Below are positions 59,859 through 64,000 of a DNA stretch of 64,000 nucleotides, one piece after another. The first letter of the stretch is position 1. Each line of letters opens with the position of its first letter. The notes under the pieces were generated by a model. The model was not told the DNA's origin. It worked only from the letters and a program-made list of their open reading frames with translations, and did not search any database. This DNA is from Arenimonas sp. (GTDB taxonomy: Bacteria; Pseudomonadota; Gammaproteobacteria; Xanthomonadales; Xanthomonadaceae): NCBI GenBank assembly GCA_041913425.1, contig JAYSFF010000002.1, positions 1,565 through 65,564 of the forward strand. Reading direction: 5' to 3'. Position numbers and translations under genes: made by a program.

Positions 59859-60809
59859 ATGAACAGACACATCGCAGTGGTGATGGATCCGATCGAACGG
59901 ATCAAGCCGGCGAAGGACACCACCTTCGCGCTGATGCTGGAGGCGCAGCGCCGCGGCCACACGGTGCACTACGTCACGCCCGGCAGCCTCGGCGTGCGCG
60001 GCGGCGAGGCCTCGGCGAGGCTGGCCCCGGTACGGGTCGAAGACCGTGACCATCAATACTTCAGCCTGGGCGAAGAGGTCCTGCGGCCGCTGCGCGGCAT
60101 CGACGCCGTGCTGATGCGCAAGGACCCGCCGGTGGACGCCCAGTTCATCCACGACACGCAGGTGCTGTCGATGGCCGAGGACGCCGGCGTGCTGGTGGTG
60201 AACCGCCCGCAGGGCCTGCGCGACCTGAACGAGAAGCTGGCGGCCCTGCTGTTCCCACACTGCTGCCCGGAGACCCTGGTCAGCCGCAGCGCGGCCGACT
60301 TCAAGGCCTTCATCCGCGAACACGGCGATGTGGTGGTGAAGCCGCTGGACGGCATGGGCGGCCGCTCGATCTTCCGCATCCGCCAGGGCGACGGCAATCT
60401 CAACGTGATCCTCGAGACCCTGATCGGCGACGGCGCGCTGACCATGGCGCAGAAGTACCTGCCGGAAATCCGCGACGGCGACAAGCGCATCCTGTTGGTG
60501 GACGGCGAACCGGTGCCCTACGCGCTGGCCCGCATCCCGCAGGGCGACGAGTTCCGCGGCAACCTGGCCGCCGGCGGCCGCGGCGAGGGCCGGCCGCTGA
60601 CCGAACGCGACCGCTGGATCGCCGCCCAGGTCGGACCGTGGCTGAAGGCGCGCGGCATGCTGTTTGTCGGGCTGGACGTGATCGGCGACTACCTGACTGA
60701 AGTGAACGTGACCAGCCCGACCTGCGTGCGCGAACTCGACGCCCAGTTCGGCCTGAACATCGCCGGCCTGCTGCTGGACGCCATCGAGGCCCGTCTGGAC
60801 CGCAGATGA
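59859..60809 (+). CDS. gshB: Glutathione synthetase
   Basis: VVMDPI, MRKDPP, NEKL, KPLDGMGG, GDKRI, RGNLAAGG and EVNVTSPT motifs. Confidence 0.97.
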   Translation: MNRHIAVVMDPIERIKPAKDTTFALMLEAQRRGHTVHYVTPGSLGVRGGEASARLAPVRVEDRDHQYFSLGEEVLRPLRGIDAVLMRKDPPVDAQFIHDTQVLSMAEDAGVLVVNRPQGLRDLNEKLAALLFPHCCPETLVSRSAADFKAFIREHGDVVVKPLDGMGGRSIFRIRQGDGNLNVILETLIGDGALTMAQKYLPEIRDGDKRILLVDGEPVPYALARIPQGDEFRGNLAAGGRGEGRPLTERDRWIAAQVGPWLKARGMLFVGLDVIGDYLTEVNVTSPTCVRELDAQFGLNIAGLLLDAIEARLDRR

Positions 60810-61663
60810 GCGGCCGGATCTCCGCCAAGGACCGCCTGACCGGGACCCTGATCCTGTCGGGCATCGCCTACGGCGTGCTGCTACTGGGCGTCGGCTTCAC
60901 CCTGAACAAGGCCGCGCCGGTGACGCCGACGCTCGATGTGGTGCTCAGTCCGACCGCCAGCGCCGCCAAACCGGAACGCGCCGACTTCCTGGCGCAGGCC
61001 GACAACCAGGGCGGCGGTTCCGCCGAGCGCGCGCAACGGCCGCTCGACGACCAGCTCTCGCAGCTGCCGCAGACCGACCCGGGCCAGGCGCCGGTGCCGA
61101 TGCAGGCGCAGAAGACCCCGCCGGAACCGGAACCGGTGCAGCGCTTGGTCACCACCCAGAAGCCGGCGGAGCAGCTGACGCCGCGCGCGCGCGAACAGAA
61201 ACCGACCAGCGCCGAGCCGTTGCCGGAGGGCGCCGAACTGGTCGAGCAGAGCCTGGCCCTGGCCAAGCTGGCCAACGAGTTCAGCCGCAAGCAGAACCTG
61301 CAGGCGCGCGCCACCCGGCACAAATACATCACCGCCAGCACCCGTGAGTACGCCTACGCGCAGTACATGAACGAATGGGTGCGCAAGGTCGAACGCGTCG
61401 GCAACGCCAATTACCCGCAGCAGGCTCTGCTCAACCGGCTGAGCGGCCAGCTGATCCTGACCGTGGCGATCCGCCGCGACGGCCGCATCGAAGACATCAC
61501 CGTGGTCAAATCCAGCGGCAACCGGGTGCTCGACCGCGCCGCCGGCGACATCGTGCGTCTGGCCGAGCCGTTCCCGGCCCTGCCGAAAACGGCGGAAGAC
61601 CCGTCGCTGCTCTACATCACCCGCACCTGGCAGTTCATCGCCGGCCAGACCAGCCTCAACTGA
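60806..61663 (+). CDS. Energy transducer TonB (TonB3-like)
   Basis: N-terminal TM helix, ADFLAQADNQGGG, Pro-rich linker, KVERVGNANYP, SSG..LDRAA and ITRTW. Confidence 0.85.
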   Translation: MSGRISAKDRLTGTLILSGIAYGVLLLGVGFTLNKAAPVTPTLDVVLSPTASAAKPERADFLAQADNQGGGSAERAQRPLDDQLSQLPQTDPGQAPVPMQAQKTPPEPEPVQRLVTTQKPAEQLTPRAREQKPTSAEPLPEGAELVEQSLALAKLANEFSRKQNLQARATRHKYITASTREYAYAQYMNEWVRKVERVGNANYPQQALLNRLSGQLILTVAIRRDGRIEDITVVKSSGNRVLDRAAGDIVRLAEPFPALPKTAEDPSLLYITRTWQFIAGQTSLN

Positions 61664-64000
61664 GCGCCGACTCCAGCGCCCGGCGCAGCTGCGCGCCGGT
61701 GACCGGCTTGCGCAGGAAGCCGTCCATGCCGGCCTCCCGGCATTGCTGTTCGGCATCGGCCTGGGTGCGTGCGGTCAGGGCGATGATCGGCGTGCGCATC
61801 CCTTGTAAGCGCCAGACCCGGGTCAGCTCCAGACCGTCCATGCCCGGCAGATCGACGTCGCAGAACACCGCGTCGAACCGTTCCTGCGCGCTTTGGGTCA
61901 GGGCCTCCAGGGCATTGCAGGCCTCCCGCACCATGTGGCCGTCGGCGCGCAGCAGTTGGCCGACGACCGACAGGATGGTCTCGTCGTCCTCGACCAGCAG
62001 GATGGTGCGCGCATGCGTCGGGCGTAGCGGCGCCGGCGCGGGTTCCGGCCCGGCCAAGGCCGCGTCCGCCGATTCGTCCAAAGGCAGATTGACGGTGAAG
62101 GTGGAGCCGCGGCCGGGCTCGCTGACCACCGTGATGTCGCCGCCCATCAGGCCGGCCAGTTCCTTGCTGATGGCCAGACCCAGGCCGCTGCCGCCGAAAC
62201 GCTGCGCCGTGCGCGCGCCATCGGCCTGTATGAAGCGCTGGAACAGGCGCGCGCACTGCTCTTGGGTCATGCCCGGCCCGGTATCGGCGACCGCGATCGA
62301 CAGCCCCTTCGGCGACAGCAGAGTGACCGTGACGCGCACGCCGCCCTCGGCGGTGAATTTGATCGCGTTGTTGCCCAGGTTGAACAGGATCTGCCGGATG
62401 CGGCCGCTGTCGCCCAGATAGGCGCGGTCGACGCCGGGCGCGATGTCCAGTTCGAACGACAGGCCTTTGGCGGCCGCCGACGGCGCCAACAGGCCCTGCA
62501 CGTCCTGCAACAGGCCGCGCAGATCGAACGGCTGCAGGTCGAGCTCGAACTGGCCGGCCTCGATCTTGGACAGGTCGAGCGCGTCGTTCATCAGCCGCAG
62601 CAGGTGTTCGCCGGCCTTCTTGATCGACTGCACGCGGCCGCGTACGGTCTCCGGCAAGGAGTCGGACAGCAGCAGTTCGGTCATGCCCAGCACGCCGGTC
62701 ATCGGCGTGCGGATCTCGTGCCCGAGATTGGCCAGGAAGCGGGACTTGGCCTCGGAGCCCCGCAGCTCCAGTTCACGCTGCTGGGCCTGCATGGCGGCGG
62801 CATGCCGGCGTTTGAGGCGTTCGCGGTTGAACACCACCAGCGCATACACCGCCAACACCAGGATGCCGGCATAAGCCGTGTAGGCCCACCAGGTCAGCCA
62901 CCAGGGCGGCAGCACGCGGATATGCAGCACAGTCGGCGCGGACCATTCGCCGTCGGCGCCGGCGGCGATCACCTCCAGACGGTAATCCCCGGCCGGCAGG
63001 CGCGAGAAGCTGCGTTTGCCGCTGACGCCCATCTCGACCCAGTCCGGATCGTAGCCCGACAGGCGCGAGCGGAAACGGTGGGTGGCGGCATCGTCGAACG
63101 CCAGCAACAACGCATCGACGCTGAAATCGCGGTCGCCGGGTTCGAGCACGATCCGCGCGCGGTGATCCAACGGCAATTGATCTTCACCGCGACGCACGCT
63201 GGCCTGCTCGATCACCAGCTGCGGCGTCTCGCCGGCTGCCGCCAGTCGGTTCGGCTGGAACAGCACCAAGGCACTCGGGCTGAGCGCGAAAGCCCGGCCG
63301 TCGGCACCGAGATAAGGCGGCCGGTCGGCGAATTCCTGCCCCGGCAAGCCGTCGCCGATGCCGTATACCCGCACGCGCCGTTTCCGCAAATCATAACGGA
63401 TCAGGCCGCGCTGGGACGTGATCCAGAGCTCACCGTTGCGCCCGGCGGCCATGCCGGACGGTTCGACCGCCGGCAGTCCATCGCCGGCGTCGACCGCATC
63501 GGCCCGATGGAGCGCGCCATCACGCCAACGGTAGATTTCCAGCACGCCCAACCGGCCTAGCCACAGCGTATCAGGCGCCGTCAGCAACGCGCTGTAGACG
63601 CGCTCGTCGGGCGCGCCGGGCACCGGCAGCAGGCGCCGGGCTTTCGGATCCCAGCGCAGCACGCCCTCGCCGCCGGTCAGCCAGAGCTGGCCATCCGGGC
63701 CGGTGAACAGCGCTTCGATATCCGGGAAGCGCAGGCCGTGGCCGCTTTTCGGCGTGATGTCCAGCAGCACCTTGCCGTTGTCGGGGTCGCGCGCCTGCAG
63801 GCCGCCGCCGTAATAGGCGACCCAAACCATGCCATCCGGCGTTTGCCACAGATGCTTGGTCGGACCGAGCAGGGTCGGATCGGCCGGGCTGTCGGAATAC
63901 CAGGAGCGGAGCGCCCGATCGCGCGGATCGAAGCGCCAGAGCCCGTTGCCTCCCAGGCCCTCGCCACCGAGCCAGATGCGGCCTTGGCTGTCCTTGAGCA
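61656..64000 (-). CDS. Hybrid sensor kinase/response regulator with beta-propeller (Reg_prop) and Y_Y_Y domains (5' truncated)
   Basis: The frame stays open to the window end (DSQGRIWLG repeats); TM helix, GHEIRTPM, NNAIKFT, GGSGLGL and C-terminal REC. Confidence 0.9.
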   Translation of the reverse strand, partial: LKDSQGRIWLGGEGLGGNGLWRFDPRDRALRSWYSDSPADPTLLGPTKHLWQTPDGMVWVAYYGGGLQARDPDNGKVLLDITPKSGHGLRFPDIEALFTGPDGQLWLTGGEGVLRWDPKARRLLPVPGAPDERVYSALLTAPDTLWLGRLGVLEIYRWRDGALHRADAVDAGDGLPAVEPSGMAAGRNGELWITSQRGLIRYDLRKRRVRVYGIGDGLPGQEFADRPPYLGADGRAFALSPSALVLFQPNRLAAAGETPQLVIEQASVRRGEDQLPLDHRARIVLEPGDRDFSVDALLLAFDDAATHRFRSRLSGYDPDWVEMGVSGKRSFSRLPAGDYRLEVIAAGADGEWSAPTVLHIRVLPPWWLTWWAYTAYAGILVLAVYALVVFNRERLKRRHAAAMQAQQRELELRGSEAKSRFLANLGHEIRTPMTGVLGMTELLLSDSLPETVRGRVQSIKKAGEHLLRLMNDALDLSKIEAGQFELDLQPFDLRGLLQDVQGLLAPSAAAKGLSFELDIAPGVDRAYLGDSGRIRQILFNLGNNAIKFTAEGGVRVTVTLLSPKGLSIAVADTGPGMTQEQCARLFQRFIQADGARTAQRFGGSGLGLAISKELAGLMGGDITVVSEPGRGSTFTVNLPLDESADAALAGPEPAPAPLRPTHARTILLVEDDETILSVVGQLLRADGHMVREACNALEALTQSAQERFDAVFCDVDLPGMDGLELTRVWRLQGMRTPIIALTARTQADAEQQCREAGMDGFLRKPVTGAQLRRALESALS

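Overview
High-GC window of a Xanthomonadales/Lysobacterales-type gammaproteobacterial chromosome. The taxon is inferred from gene content, gene order and the lineage-typical GlnS insertion. It is densely coding and mostly core genome, in this order: sufT, pntAA/pntAB/pntB, DUF1631, nitroreductase-5'3' exonuclease-NUDIX, pip, HNH-dxs, prmC, oxyR, glnS, deaminase-rlmM, ilvE, a sterol-desaturase-family gene, two UbiH/UbiI-family hydroxylases, DUF6580-pduO, msrB, lptD-surA-pdxA-rsmA-apaH, lgt-thyA-folA, lemA-TPM-TPM, dgkA-terC, DUF853, a ColRS-like pair followed by a MacAB-like ABC exporter, nudE-cysQ-mazG, bioA-rsmE, a Pil-Chp cluster (pilG-pilI-pilJ-chpA-chpB-chpC), gshB-tonB and a beta-propeller hybrid kinase cut by the window end. 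I saw no rRNA, tRNA, CRISPR array, prophage, IS or recognisable defence system. The best leads are: (i) a coupled DUF6580 membrane protein plus PduO pair that may be a minimal B12 salvage module; (ii) a MacA-like adaptor with a Spy/CpxP-like helical insert behind a ColRS-like pair; (iii) an exactly spaced OxyR four-box site in front of oxyR with ahpCF absent; (iv) a Chp system lacking pilH/pilK, with a catalytically degenerate ChpB and a 15-bp tandem-repeat helical spacer in ChpA; (v) a Bacteroidota-like IlvE with an altered PLP motif; (vi) a GTAG-type REP cluster that supplies the prmC stop codon. Family names and synteny comparisons come from motif recognition and recall, not from database searches.
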